A stretch of 64,000 bases of DNA from assembly GCA_963705295.1 (NCBI GenBank), contig OY970065.1, positions 160,001-224,000 of the forward strand, read 5' to 3'. The notes below the pieces were generated by a model. That model saw nothing but the letters and a program-made list of their open reading frames with translations. It had not been told where the DNA came from and made no database searches. Source of the stretch: Parachlamydiales bacterium. Lineage in GTDB: Bacteria; Chlamydiota; Chlamydiia; Chlamydiales; Rhabdochlamydiaceae. Numbering within the stretch: the first letter of the stretch is position 1; each line of letters starts with the position of its first letter. This document shows, one piece after another, positions 9,906 through 20,309 of the stretch. The position numbers were made by a program, and so were the translations under genes.

Positions 9906-10869
9906 TTGCTTCTTTAACTTCATTTTTTGGCACATTAGGACGAAGTATTTTGAGCCTTTCTTTCGATCGATCGGCCGTCTTTGTATTCGGAAATGTTTTA
10001 ACGATTTTAGAATAATAGAGAATCGATGCATGGGGTTTTTTGGTCCGCTCATAAAATTGAGCAATATCATAAAAGCTTCTTGCATAAACTTCTTGCATTT
10101 CTGCAAAAAGATCTTCCGCTACGGCAACTCTCTCATCGGTGGGAAAATCTTGTCTGAATTTTTTTAGATTGATCGAAGCTAAATCGAGAAAATCGGTATC
10201 GGGATATTTTTCTTTTGACTCTGTCAAATAAACCCTTCCAATTTCGACATAAGCATCGGGGGTCAGGGGATGTTTAGGAAACCGCCTGATTAATGTCTGA
10301 TACGTTTCGATACTGGCATTGTATTGTTCCTCGCCCAGCAAAATTCCACCTTTCCCAAAGAGAGCCTTTGCTGCCAGCTCATCATTGGGAAGAGCATTGA
10401 TCACTTCGTCATAAATTTTGATCGCTTCTTCCTTCGCAGGAAGCCACTTGGGCAAAAAATCGTATCCACCAATATGTTTTTTGAATCCTTCTCGGAATTT
10501 TTCAGCAACTTCAAATTTTAATTCAATCGCTTCTCTAAAATGTTGCAGTGCCGTTTGCTTCCTCAAATAAATCGATAAATTTTTGTCGGCGATGTCATAA
10601 TCTTCCAACCTGAAATGTCCCGCCGCCGCAAAATAAAACGCTTCCTGATAGAAAGGACTCGAAGGAAAATTTTTAATCATAATCGTTGCCTGCTTGACAA
10701 CCTCTTTCCAATCTTCCTTTTGATAAGCGTCGAGCATCAACCCATAGTGCTCCTGCACAGACACCGTCGCCACCTCATCAACATTCAAAATTTTCCCTTC
10801 TTTAATGGTATAACCACCAAAGGCCGTTCCTACCATCAAAATAAAAGGTAAACACCACTTCACAAACAT
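9865..10869 (-). CDS. bamD: Outer-membrane assembly factor BamD-like TPR protein
   Basis: Repeated TPR units (..FPSSPF..EA; ..RFPKHPL..DA; IAQFYER...ASILYY). Confidence 0.75.
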   Translation of the reverse strand: MFVKWCLPFILMVGTAFGGYTIKEGKILNVDEVATVSVQEHYGLMLDAYQKEDWKEVVKQATIMIKNFPSSPFYQEAFYFAAAGHFRLEDYDIADKNLSIYLRKQTALQHFREAIELKFEVAEKFREGFKKHIGGYDFLPKWLPAKEEAIKIYDEVINALPNDELAAKALFGKGGILLGEEQYNASIETYQTLIRRFPKHPLTPDAYVEIGRVYLTESKEKYPDTDFLDLASINLKKFRQDFPTDERVAVAEDLFAEMQEVYARSFYDIAQFYERTKKPHASILYYSKIVKTFPNTKTADRSKERLKILRPNVPKNEVKEAIAEPIPESSDIPS

Positions 10870-10945
10870 CTATTTAATTATGCATCTACCCCCGATAATG
10901 TCAATTTATAGATAAAAATATTGAATTAATGTTTAGAATGCTCTT

Positions 10946-11191
10946 ATGGAATGGAAAGTAGTCGACAATCATCACCTAGAAAAAGAATACCTATTTAAAA
11001 ACTTTCGCGACGCGCTGGAGTTTACGAATCGGGTGGGAGAGGCGGCGGAAGAAATGGGCCACCATCCGGACATCTATTTGAGTTGGGGGAAAGTGAGGCT
11101 GCTGATTTGGACTCATAAAGTGGATGGCTTGACAGAGAAAGACTTCACCCTGGCTGCAAAGTGTGATGCATTAAAAATGAAAACTTCTTGA
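10946..11191 (+). CDS. Pterin-4-alpha-carbinolamine dehydratase
   Basis: F.NF..AL.F, AEEMGHHPD, WTH...GLTEKDF.LA. Confidence 0.9.
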   Translation: MEWKVVDNHHLEKEYLFKNFRDALEFTNRVGEAAEEMGHHPDIYLSWGKVRLLIWTHKVDGLTEKDFTLAAKCDALKMKTS

Positions 11192-14100
11192 GCTCCTCTT
11201 CGAGTTCACGGCCAAAGGTCACTCCCCACTTCTCATCGACGAGGATATGTCCGTGGTGTTTATTCGGGGAGAGAAATTCTAGGACATAGGGCGTATTCCC
11301 TTGATAGGAGCGGAATAGTTTTTTGAGATGGAGAATGTGACTGAGGCGGACTTGATCTGCATTGATTTTTAGGAAGAGCCTTCCGCTGGGTGGTTTTTTC
11401 TCTGGTATTTTCTGGGGTCTTTTTTCACGGCGGGTGGATTTGAGTTGATCGCAGAGGGCATCACACTGCCGGAGAGTGTCTTCATCGGCTTTGGTGAGAT
11501 CATTGAACCACCGGCACTGCAGTTTAAGCTCGCCTTCCCGTTTGTCCATCTGAAAGATGGCGTAGAGGAGTGTATTTTCTAGAAGTAGGTGACCTTTCTC
11601 TTCGTAGAGCTCAGGCCATATCGGAACTTCAAAACGGTCGTGCCCATCGCTGATTTTTAAAATGGCAAATTTTTTCTGTGTTTTCCCTGAGATTTTTGTT
11701 TGAATCTCATCAACGATAAATGCGGCTCGAAAAACGGCATCGTGAAGGTGGTCTTCAAACTGACTGAAAGGAACACACGAGAGGCGGCTCATCAAATCTC
11801 TAAATTCATCGAGAGGATGTCCCGTTACATAAAATCCGAGAAGCTCTTTTTCACGCTGCAAAATCGTTTGACGAGGCAGGGGCGGGGCATCTCGTATAGG
11901 GGGAGGAGTTTCTGCTGTCTCTCCAAAGAGATCGATAAAACCTTTCGAGATTTCTTTTTGTTTTTGAACAGCACCTTGGTACATCTCTTCCAAGGCAATG
12001 ATCATCGACTGTCGATGTGCACCCGTAAAATCGAAACATCCTGCTTCAATCAAAGATTCGATGGTTTTCTTTCCAATCTTCTTAGTGTCGATTCTGGAAC
12101 AAAACTCAAAGAGTGAACGGAAAGTTCCTTTTTTTCGCCTTTCTTCTAGGATCGCTTCGACAACACCCTCTCCCACACCCTTAATCCCGCTCATAGCAAA
12201 CCGAATTCCTTTGGGTGTTGCGACAAATTCATGGCCAGATTCATTAACATCAGGCGGCAAGATGGGTAAATTCATCGCCTGACATTCTCCAATGAGTTTT
12301 GCAACCTTGGTCACATCATCCCGATCACAGGTCATGAGGGCTGCCATCCATTCCCCAGGATAATTTGCCTTGAGATAGGCAGTGACATAAGCCAGATAGC
12401 CGTAGGCTGCTGCATGAGATTTGTTAAATCCGTACGAAGCAAACCTCTCAATCTTATCAAAAATTCTCATGGAGAGATCAGGATCTAGCCCTTTTTGGAG
12501 AGCTCCTGTCCGAAATTTTTCCCGCTGATTGGCCATCTCTTCACGATCTTTTTTACCCATGGCACGGCGGAGAACATCACCTTCGCCTAAAGTGTAGTTA
12601 GCAAGGAGGCTGGCGATCTGCATGACCTGCTCTTGGTACACCATGATCCCGTAGGTTTCGGCAAGGACATCTTTCATCAAAGGATGATCGATCTCGATCG
12701 GTTCTTTTCCATGTTTTCGATGGACAAACGATGGAATCATCTCCATCGGTCCGGGTCGATAGAGCGCATTAACGGCGATGATCTCTTCGAATTTATCGAT
12801 GTGGAGTTGCCGAACAAGGTCTTGCATTCCCCCAGATTCCATTTGGAAGATCCCATTCAGCTTGCACTGGTTCATCAAGTTAAATGTCGCCTTATCATCG
12901 AGGGGCAAATTAACCCAATCGATGAGCTTGTTATGATAGATCCGAATGGCATCGACTGTTTTTTGTATCGACGTCAAGGTTTTGAGACCCAAAAAGTCGA
13001 TTTTAAGCATTCCCACAGCTTCGACAGGCTTCATCGAATATTGGGTGGCTAGAATAACACTATCTTTAGCTGTACAGACCGGAATATGATCGGTCAAAGG
13101 GTCGCCCGAGATGATAAGCCCTGCTGCGTGGATACCTGTATTTCTGACGGAGCCCTCTAAACGGCGGGCAATATCGATGAGTTCTTTCACCTCTTCATCG
13201 GTCTCATAAGCTTTTTTGAGATCAGGATCGGTTTCCAATGCTTTATCTAAGGTGATTCCCAGATCATCGGGAACCATCTTTGCAATACCATTGACTTTCG
13301 CAAGAGGGACACTCAAAACACGGCCCACATCTTTGATGGCCATTTTGGCTTTCATCGTACCGAAAGTGATGATCTGTGCGACTTTGTCTTTTCCATATTT
13401 TTGGACGGTATATTCGATGACCTCACCCCTCCGATCCATGCAAATATCAACGTCAACGTCAGGATAGGAAATCCTTTCAGGATTAATAAACCTCTCGAAG
13501 AAGAGTTGGAACCGAAGAGGTTCGATATCGGTGATTCCAATTAAATAAAGAATAATAGAACCGGCTCCCGATCCTCGGCCAGGACCCATGGGAATTCCCC
13601 GGTTTTTGGCCCATGAAATGAAATCATGGACGATTAAAATATAATCACACATCTCCTTCGAGATGATGATGTCGAGTTCGTACTTGAGCCTTTCCTGAAC
13701 CATTTGCAAAGGATCTTGATCGGGGTATTTTTCCCGAACCGCCTCCAAGTGCTGGGGTGTATACCGCCTGGGTATGGCTTCATAACAGAGCTTTTTGAGA
13801 TGGTCTTCCTTGGTGACCCCTTGAGGTGGCGTGAAAACAGGATAAAAGCGGGCTTTGAAATCGAGCTCTAAATCGACCTTTCCCGCAATCTCACGGGTGG
13901 ACGCTAGGGCACCTGGAAGGTCGGCAAACAGCTGCGCCATTTGATCGGGCGATTTAAAGTAGAGTTCATGCGTGAAATAGACTTGCCGTTTAGGGTTGAG
14001 AACACGGACCTTCGGATTTCCCTGAGAATCCCTTTCCCAAATTTCACACGGCTCGCCCGATTGGACGTTCATCAAAATCTCGTGAGCTTTCCAATCACTC

Positions 14101-14789
14101 CTCTCAAGATAGTGAACTTCCTGGGTGGCTACGGTTTTGATTCCATACCGAGCTCCTAGCTGGACAAGCTTTTGGTTGACGACTTCTTGATTCCGGACAT
14201 AATCCCGGTAGTTTTGAACGAGCCAACCTTCTTTCTCCATCTCCCTTTCTTCTGCCATCGCATGCCGGGAGAGCTCAAAATAAAAGTCGTCCTTGAAAGT
14301 CGTTTGAAACCATTCGACTTCTCGCAGGGTCTCTTGTTCTTTCCCTTGCACTATCAAATATGGGATCAAACCGTGCAAGGGTCCCGACAAGCAGATGAGC
14401 CCTTCGGCATGCTTTTCCAAGAGGGCTTTGTCAATGCGCGGGGTATAATAAAACCCTTCCACATGGGCCAACGAACTCAATTTGCAGAGATTTTTGTATC
14501 CCTGCCGATTTTTAGCCAGGAGAAGAAGGGGAAACCCTGCAGGGGTCCCTGGGATTCGCTTTTTTTCAAGACGTGACCCGGGGGCTAAATTCAGCTCACA
14601 CCCCAGAATCGGCTTGATCTTAGCTTCCCGGCAAGCCTTGTAGAACTCAATGGCGCCATACATGTTCCCTTCATCCGTCAGTGCCAGCGAAGAAATCGAG
14701 AAGCCCTTAGCTTTTTCGACCAAATCGTCAATGGCAGCCGTCGAATTTAAAATGGAATACTGTGAATGGACATGTAAAGGTACATACAT
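11145..14789 (-). CDS. dnaE: DNA polymerase III alpha subunit
   Basis: PHP domain HVHSQYS, GPGRGSGAGS, PDVDVD, YGFNKSHA. Confidence 0.98.
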   Translation of the reverse strand: MYVPLHVHSQYSILNSTAAIDDLVEKAKGFSISSLALTDEGNMYGAIEFYKACREAKIKPILGCELNLAPGSRLEKKRIPGTPAGFPLLLLAKNRQGYKNLCKLSSLAHVEGFYYTPRIDKALLEKHAEGLICLSGPLHGLIPYLIVQGKEQETLREVEWFQTTFKDDFYFELSRHAMAEEREMEKEGWLVQNYRDYVRNQEVVNQKLVQLGARYGIKTVATQEVHYLERSDWKAHEILMNVQSGEPCEIWERDSQGNPKVRVLNPKRQVYFTHELYFKSPDQMAQLFADLPGALASTREIAGKVDLELDFKARFYPVFTPPQGVTKEDHLKKLCYEAIPRRYTPQHLEAVREKYPDQDPLQMVQERLKYELDIIISKEMCDYILIVHDFISWAKNRGIPMGPGRGSGAGSIILYLIGITDIEPLRFQLFFERFINPERISYPDVDVDICMDRRGEVIEYTVQKYGKDKVAQIITFGTMKAKMAIKDVGRVLSVPLAKVNGIAKMVPDDLGITLDKALETDPDLKKAYETDEEVKELIDIARRLEGSVRNTGIHAAGLIISGDPLTDHIPVCTAKDSVILATQYSMKPVEAVGMLKIDFLGLKTLTSIQKTVDAIRIYHNKLIDWVNLPLDDKATFNLMNQCKLNGIFQMESGGMQDLVRQLHIDKFEEIIAVNALYRPGPMEMIPSFVHRKHGKEPIEIDHPLMKDVLAETYGIMVYQEQVMQIASLLANYTLGEGDVLRRAMGKKDREEMANQREKFRTGALQKGLDPDLSMRIFDKIERFASYGFNKSHAAAYGYLAYVTAYLKANYPGEWMAALMTCDRDDVTKVAKLIGECQAMNLPILPPDVNESGHEFVATPKGIRFAMSGIKGVGEGVVEAILEERRKKGTFRSLFEFCSRIDTKKIGKKTIESLIEAGCFDFTGAHRQSMIIALEEMYQGAVQKQKEISKGFIDLFGETAETPPPIRDAPPLPRQTILQREKELLGFYVTGHPLDEFRDLMSRLSCVPFSQFEDHLHDAVFRAAFIVDEIQTKISGKTQKKFAILKISDGHDRFEVPIWPELYEEKGHLLLENTLLYAIFQMDKREGELKLQCRWFNDLTKADEDTLRQCDALCDQLKSTRREKRPQKIPEKKPPSGRLFLKINADQVRLSHILHLKKLFRSYQGNTPYVLEFLSPNKHHGHILVDEKWGVTFGRELEEELKKFSFLMHHTLQPG

Positions 14790-14838
14790 CTTGATCCAAA
14801 GTGTAGCTTTGGACTAGTTTAAAGTAAAAGGAGGTTTT

Positions 14839-15009
14839 ATGATCAAAAACATGGAATTTATGATACTCACAGGTGCCGCTATGGCGATCTTTTTTGCTCC
14901 GATGTACATCACGGCGAATGAAATGCAACCTAAGAAAAAAGAAGTCGTGAAAAATGAAACGGCCAAGAAAAAGAAGAAGGGTTCAGGCTGCGGCTGCGGA
15001 GGAAAATAA
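14839..15009 (+). CDS. Small 56-aa protein with hydrophobic N-terminus, Lys-rich stretch and C-terminal GCGCGGK
   Basis: AAGGAGG SD 4 nt before ATG; ORF fills the dnaE-uhpC gap; below ORF-track cutoff. Confidence 0.65.
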   Translation: MIKNMEFMILTGAAMAIFFAPMYITANEMQPKKKEVVKNETAKKKKKGSGCGCGGK

Positions 15010-15011
15010 CG

Positions 15012-16490
15012 TTAGTTTTCTATCGATTCCTGAGTCGCTTTCTTGGACGCCTGGGACGACTTGCGGATAGCTTTTAACTCCTCAAACTGAGGAGATTGGG
15101 GTTCAGGGATCGCCTTGGCATGATCGATGCCGGCTGTAGCAGGTATGTCTTTGGGTTTGGCTTCTGCGGCGAACTTGGGGTTCGATTTGATCGACCACAT
15201 GGGAAGCAGCACCAGAGCACTGACAACTCCACAGCAGGCGAGGGTTATAAAACATCCATCCCAGCTTCCCCATTCCATGATTTTAGCTAAGGGGTAACCC
15301 GACGCCGCCATCCCAAGGTAAGCGATAAATCCAATAAAACCGGTCGCAGCTCCTGCCGCCTTTTTGTGCGAGAGTTCTGCAGCTGCCACTCCGATGAGCA
15401 TTTGGGGTCCAAAAATCAGAAATCCGATGGTAAAAATTAACAGATAATCGAGAGCGACCATCCCTGGGGGAATTTTCCAGAGCGTGGTGATGGCTCCGAT
15501 GACTGCGAGTGCAAAGAGAATATTGATCGGCCCTCGCCGTCCTTTGAAGATTTTATCGGAGGCCCAACCGGCCACTAAACTCCCGACAAGCCCTCCCATC
15601 TCAAACCAGAGAATTGAAGCATTGGCCGTTACAAGCTTGTAACCACGCGTCTCCATGAGAAAAAGGGGCGACCAATCATTAAACGCTCCCCGAACCACGT
15701 AAACAAAGAAATAGGCTGTTGCAAGAAGCCATATATATCCGTTGTTTAGAACATATTTGAAAAGAAGATCTTTTAAAGAAATTTCTTCATCGGGTTGTTT
15801 TGTCGAAGGATAATCATTCCGAAACTTTTCAATCGGTGGAAGACCCAAAGATGCGGGGGTATCACGCAAACAGAGGAATACGAAAAGCCCTACGCCGATA
15901 CAGAGAATTCCTGGAACATACATCCCGTAGCGCCAGCCCAAGGCTTGGGCTGCAACTCCCACAACGATGGGGATAACGGCTCCTCCCACATTATGGGACG
16001 AGTTCCACATCCCCCACCACGTTCCTCGTTCTTTTTGCGAATACCAATGCGTTAACAGCTTAGCGCAGGGAGGCCATCCCCACCCTTGAAAAAGCCCATT
16101 TAGGCCCCAAAGCATCCCAAAAGCAAAAATGGATGATGTAAATCCAAATAAAATATTGAGAACCCCGGTGAGCATGAGCCCAAGGGACATGAAAACTCGT
16201 GGGTTGCACCGGTCTGAAATGATTCCGCTTAAAAACTTGCTCGATCCGTAGGCGAGAGCAAAGAGGCTGGCCAGCAACCCTAAATCACTTTTTGCCATTC
16301 CCAAATCACGCATGAGAAGAGGCATGATGCAGGTGTAGCTTTTCCGAGAGAAATAATAGAAGACATACCCAGCATACATCCCGATAAAGATGCGGAGACG
16401 CCAGTATTTATAATTAGCTTTGACGATATTCTCGTCCTGGATCTCAGCTTGGGGTGCTACTGGTTTAAAAAAATTTAACCATTTCTTCAC
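15012..16490 (-). CDS. uhpC: MFS hexose-phosphate/glycerol-3-phosphate transporter (UhpC/GlpT type)
   Basis: YWRLRIF..MY.GY..YY..RK, QGWGWPPC, WNSSHNVGG, FGPQMLIG. Confidence 0.9.
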   Translation of the reverse strand: MKKWLNFFKPVAPQAEIQDENIVKANYKYWRLRIFIGMYAGYVFYYFSRKSYTCIMPLLMRDLGMAKSDLGLLASLFALAYGSSKFLSGIISDRCNPRVFMSLGLMLTGVLNILFGFTSSIFAFGMLWGLNGLFQGWGWPPCAKLLTHWYSQKERGTWWGMWNSSHNVGGAVIPIVVGVAAQALGWRYGMYVPGILCIGVGLFVFLCLRDTPASLGLPPIEKFRNDYPSTKQPDEEISLKDLLFKYVLNNGYIWLLATAYFFVYVVRGAFNDWSPLFLMETRGYKLVTANASILWFEMGGLVGSLVAGWASDKIFKGRRGPINILFALAVIGAITTLWKIPPGMVALDYLLIFTIGFLIFGPQMLIGVAAAELSHKKAAGAATGFIGFIAYLGMAASGYPLAKIMEWGSWDGCFITLACCGVVSALVLLPMWSIKSNPKFAAEAKPKDIPATAGIDHAKAIPEPQSPQFEELKAIRKSSQASKKATQESIEN

Positions 16491-16601
16491 TCGTAACCTA
16501 TCTTTCCTCCGCTACCACTTAAAATGGAAATCATAATATTTCTTTCGGCCGAAGTCAATTCCTATCTCCATTAATTAAAGGAATGTATATATATTGAAAC
16601 G

Positions 16602-17195
16602 ATGTCGAATATCAATCCTCCTATACAGCCCGGCTACCCTTCAAAAGAAAGGTTGACGGTTCAGCAAATTGAGAAGCTTCGTGCTGATAAAGAACTGCAA
16701 GAAGAAGCCGCTAAGAAAAATCCACAAGCTTTTTTAATGGCCTGCTTTTCCGCCTATGCAAAAAAAATGGCTCTCCATTTGGCTTCTAGACCTGTCTCCG
16801 AAAAGAAAGCTCTGGGCAAAAATTTAATGGTGAAATTGAGTGAGTTTAAAAAAACTCTTATCAAGCTTATGCAAGAAAATTTAAGCCAAAATGCCGATTT
16901 TGTCGAAAAACTATCTTTGGCATGGCAAGGAGTGGTGGAAAACATCCGAGTGATGGAAAAGCTGAAACCTGAAATTGCAAGCCGTCTTAAAACCTTTACG
17001 GAAGCTTTCGAATCGTATCCGCATAAAGATCACTCTCTCGCTTTTTATATGTCCGAGTGGAAAGGGAAAGAATGGCTCCCTTTCCCTTTCATCGAAATTC
17101 TTCATGGTTTGCACGAAGAATATCGTCTACGGAAAAGCGAAAGCCAACTTTCCAAATGGATCAATGCCATTGACTCGCTAAATCTTTCTCTTTAG
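16602..17195 (+). CDS. Hypothetical protein
   Basis: 197-aa ORF directly upstream of and co-oriented with hisS. Confidence 0.7.
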   Translation: MSNINPPIQPGYPSKERLTVQQIEKLRADKELQEEAAKKNPQAFLMACFSAYAKKMALHLASRPVSEKKALGKNLMVKLSEFKKTLIKLMQENLSQNADFVEKLSLAWQGVVENIRVMEKLKPEIASRLKTFTEAFESYPHKDHSLAFYMSEWKGKEWLPFPFIEILHGLHEEYRLRKSESQLSKWINAIDSLNLSL

Positions 17196-17210
17196 AATCA
17201 TTCCATTTGT

Positions 17211-18494
17211 ATGGAATACACAATCCCTAAGGGTGTTTTTGATATTTTGCCAAAAGAGCCCAAGGAAGAAGACGCTTGGCGTATCTCTGATCATTGGCAA
17301 TATATTGAAGGTGTGATGCGCCGATTAGCAGCCGATTATGGATTCAAGGAGATTCGGACTCCTGTATTTGAACGGACCGAGCTTTTTGTCCGAGGTGTCG
17401 GGGAAAGCTCTGATATTGTGACGAAAGAAATGTACACGTTCCTCGACAAAGCAGATCGGTCGATGACCCTGCGACCCGAGGGTACAGCATCGGTGATGCG
17501 GGCTTTTGTTGAAAAAAGACTCGACTTGATTCCGGGCCTGCACAAATTTTACTACATCGGACCGATGTTCCGTTACGAACGTCCCCAATCAGGCAGATAC
17601 CGACAACACCATCAATTTGGAGCCGAAGCCATCGGGATCGAAAAACCAGAGCAAGATGTCGAATTGATCGACATGCTGTATGAGCTTTACCGGCGCCTTG
17701 GTCTCAAAGATCTCGAGGTTTTGATCAATTCTGTGGGGGACGAAAAGTCTCGCGAACCTTACCGTGAAGCTTTGAAAAATTATTTGCAGCCTCATTTCCA
17801 TGAACTTTCTGCTGAAAGCCAAGTCCGTTTTACGAAAAATGTTCTACGCATCCTCGATTCGAAAGACGAAAAAGATCAAAAATTACTCGAGAATGCACCC
17901 TCCATTTTGAATTTTTTATCGGAGGAATCTCGGAATCACTTTGAACGAGTCAAGCACTTCTTGGATCAACTTAAAATCCGTTACCGTGTCTCTCCCAAAC
18001 TCGTGCGGGGTCTCGACTATTACAATAAAACCGTTTTTGAAATCACCTCGAAATCTCTTGGCGCTCAAAACACATTAGGAGCGGGAGGAAGATTTGATGG
18101 ACTTCTCAAAACGTTGGGAGGACCTGATTTACCTGCGGTCGGTTTTGCAACAGGGATGGAACGTCTTTTACAAACGATGCTTTCTGAAAAAGTTCCCTTT
18201 CCACCCCCTACAGGACCGGTTCTCTTTTTAATTCCTATGGGTGAAAAGGCGTTTGAGACATGTTTTGAACTCGTGTGTCGATTACGCCATTTACGGTTTG
18301 CAGTAGAAATGGATCTTTCTGGAAAAAAGATTCAACATGGACTCCAACTTGCCAATGCTGAAAATGCTCGTTTTTGCGTTGTGATCGGCGATCGAGAAAT
18401 CGAAACGGGTGAAATCGAGATCAAAGAAATGGCAACACGTTCGTCTCAAAAAATCCCGTTTGATAAGCTGGAAAAATTTTTATATGAAATTTGA
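17211..18494 (+). CDS. hisS: Histidine-tRNA ligase
   Basis: LRPEGTA, FRYERPQSGRYRQ, LVRGLDYY, GGRFDGL. Confidence 0.98.
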   Translation: MEYTIPKGVFDILPKEPKEEDAWRISDHWQYIEGVMRRLAADYGFKEIRTPVFERTELFVRGVGESSDIVTKEMYTFLDKADRSMTLRPEGTASVMRAFVEKRLDLIPGLHKFYYIGPMFRYERPQSGRYRQHHQFGAEAIGIEKPEQDVELIDMLYELYRRLGLKDLEVLINSVGDEKSREPYREALKNYLQPHFHELSAESQVRFTKNVLRILDSKDEKDQKLLENAPSILNFLSEESRNHFERVKHFLDQLKIRYRVSPKLVRGLDYYNKTVFEITSKSLGAQNTLGAGGRFDGLLKTLGGPDLPAVGFATGMERLLQTMLSEKVPFPPPTGPVLFLIPMGEKAFETCFELVCRLRHLRFAVEMDLSGKKIQHGLQLANAENARFCVVIGDREIETGEIEIKEMATRSSQKIPFDKLEKFLYEI

Positions 18495-20271
18495 TTACAG
18501 GCGAACGCATACCTGTGGAGATCTCAATTTAAATGATGTTGGACTCCGCGTCACTTTATCAGGCTGGGTCCATCGGCGAAGAGATCTTGGCGGCCTCATT
18601 TTCATCGATCTACGAGATCGATTTGGTTTAACCCAGCTTATCTTCGATCCGAATCAAGATCAGGCACTGCATCAACTCGCCTCAAAACTCCGCTCCGAAT
18701 GGGTCATCTCGATCCGCGGAACGGTCGAGAAACGAGAGGAAGCCAATCCTCGTCTCAATACAGGAGAGATCGAAATCCAGGTCGAAGAACTTGAAATCTT
18801 ATCTCCTGCGAAAACGCCACCTTTTTCGATTTGTGATGAAGAAATCGATGTGCAAGAAGAACTCCGTCTCAAATACAGATATTTGGATATTCGAAGAGGG
18901 GAAATATCGAAGAACCTCGTGCTAAGACATCTAGCCATGCATTCTATTCGGAACTTTTTGCATGAGAATAATTTTTTGGAAATTTCCACTCCCATTTTGG
19001 CTAAATCGACGCCTGAAGGGGCAAGGGACTTTCTTGTTCCCTCGCGGATTTATCCTGGGAATTTTTATGCCCTTCCTCAATCACCGCAAATTTTTAAACA
19101 ACTTTTGATGGTTTCTGGAATGGACCGTTATTTTCAGATCGCGACCTGTTTTCGAGATGAAAACCTCCGGGCAGATAGACAACCCGAATTCACCCAGGTC
19201 GATATCGAAATGAGTTTTGGCATTCCTGAAGATCTCCAAAGTTTGATGGAAAAGATGGTCGCAAAGGTGTTTCAAGAGTGTACAGGAGTGGTTTTAGAGA
19301 CCCCTTTTCCTCGTATGACATATCAAGATTGTCTTGAATATTACGGGACCGATCGTCCCGACCTCCGGTTTGGAATGCCGCTGATCCGGCTCGATAATAT
19401 TGCCAAGAGATCAACGCTCACTCTTTTTCTCGAGCAACTCGGATCCGGTGGATGTGTCAAATCGATCTTGGTCAAAGGCGGATCGAGTTATTCTCGACGT
19501 GAAATCGATCTGCTTACACAATTTGTCCAACAATTTGGCCTCGGCGGACTTGCCTGGATTAAGAGGCAGGATGAAGGAATTTCTTCAAGTATTGCCAAAT
19601 TCTTTACAGACGAACTGATCCAAGAAATTTTTTCCAGAACTGAAATGGAAAAAGGGGATCTTCTCCTTTTGGCTGCGGGCCCCCAAGATCGGGTCAATCA
19701 AGGATTGGATCATTTGAGACGGCACATCGCGAAAGAGAAAAAAATAATTACAGCAGGCCAACTCAACTTCGTATGGGTTGTTGACTTTCCCCTCATGCGG
19801 TGGGATGTTGAGGAAGGTCGGATCGAAAGCGAACACCACCCCTTCACAGCCGCACACCCTGACGACATCCATCTTCTCGACACCGATCCTCTAAAGGTGC
19901 GAGCCCTTGCCTATGACCTTGTCCTCAATGGATACGAACTCGGCGGAGGCTCTCAACGGATCCATCAAGGCGAACTACAAGAAAAGATTTTTAAAATTCT
20001 GAAATTACAGCCACATGAAATCGAGGAAAAATTCGGTTTTTTTGTAGATAGCCTGAAATATGGGACTCCACCCCATCTGGGACTTGCTTTTGGTCTCGAC
20101 CGGATCGTCATGCTCTTGGTGCAGACGGATAATATCCGGGATGTTATGGCATTTCCTAAGACACAGAAAGGGAGCGATTTAATGCTGCAGGCTCCTTCTA
20201 AAGTTTCTGAAAAACAATTAAAAGAGCTGCAGTTGACGATCGAGGAACCTACAGAAATCTCTTGGCTATAA
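18484..20271 (+). CDS. aspS: Aspartate-tRNA ligase
   Basis: RTHTCG, TPEGARDF, LPQSPQ, HHPFT, GGGSQRIH; ATG 18484. Confidence 0.98.
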   Translation: MKFDYRRTHTCGDLNLNDVGLRVTLSGWVHRRRDLGGLIFIDLRDRFGLTQLIFDPNQDQALHQLASKLRSEWVISIRGTVEKREEANPRLNTGEIEIQVEELEILSPAKTPPFSICDEEIDVQEELRLKYRYLDIRRGEISKNLVLRHLAMHSIRNFLHENNFLEISTPILAKSTPEGARDFLVPSRIYPGNFYALPQSPQIFKQLLMVSGMDRYFQIATCFRDENLRADRQPEFTQVDIEMSFGIPEDLQSLMEKMVAKVFQECTGVVLETPFPRMTYQDCLEYYGTDRPDLRFGMPLIRLDNIAKRSTLTLFLEQLGSGGCVKSILVKGGSSYSRREIDLLTQFVQQFGLGGLAWIKRQDEGISSSIAKFFTDELIQEIFSRTEMEKGDLLLLAAGPQDRVNQGLDHLRRHIAKEKKIITAGQLNFVWVVDFPLMRWDVEEGRIESEHHPFTAAHPDDIHLLDTDPLKVRALAYDLVLNGYELGGGSQRIHQGELQEKIFKILKLQPHEIEEKFGFFVDSLKYGTPPHLGLAFGLDRIVMLLVQTDNIRDVMAFPKTQKGSDLMLQAPSKVSEKQLKELQLTIEEPTEISWL

Positions 20272-20309
20272 TCCACCAAGACGATAAGCTGCTAAGCAGA
20301 GGTGTCATT

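Noticed and set aside
9906..10106. N-terminal extension of lptE in the ORF track
   Set aside because: Lies out of frame within bamD and would bury the lipoprotein signal
10946..11191. Lone pterin dehydratase as sign of an aromatic hydroxylase system
   Set aside because: No hydroxylase nearby; stand-alone homologues are common
11145..14789. Intein in DnaE
   Set aside because: Length is ordinary for chlamydial DnaE; no splice-junction or homing-endonuclease motifs seen
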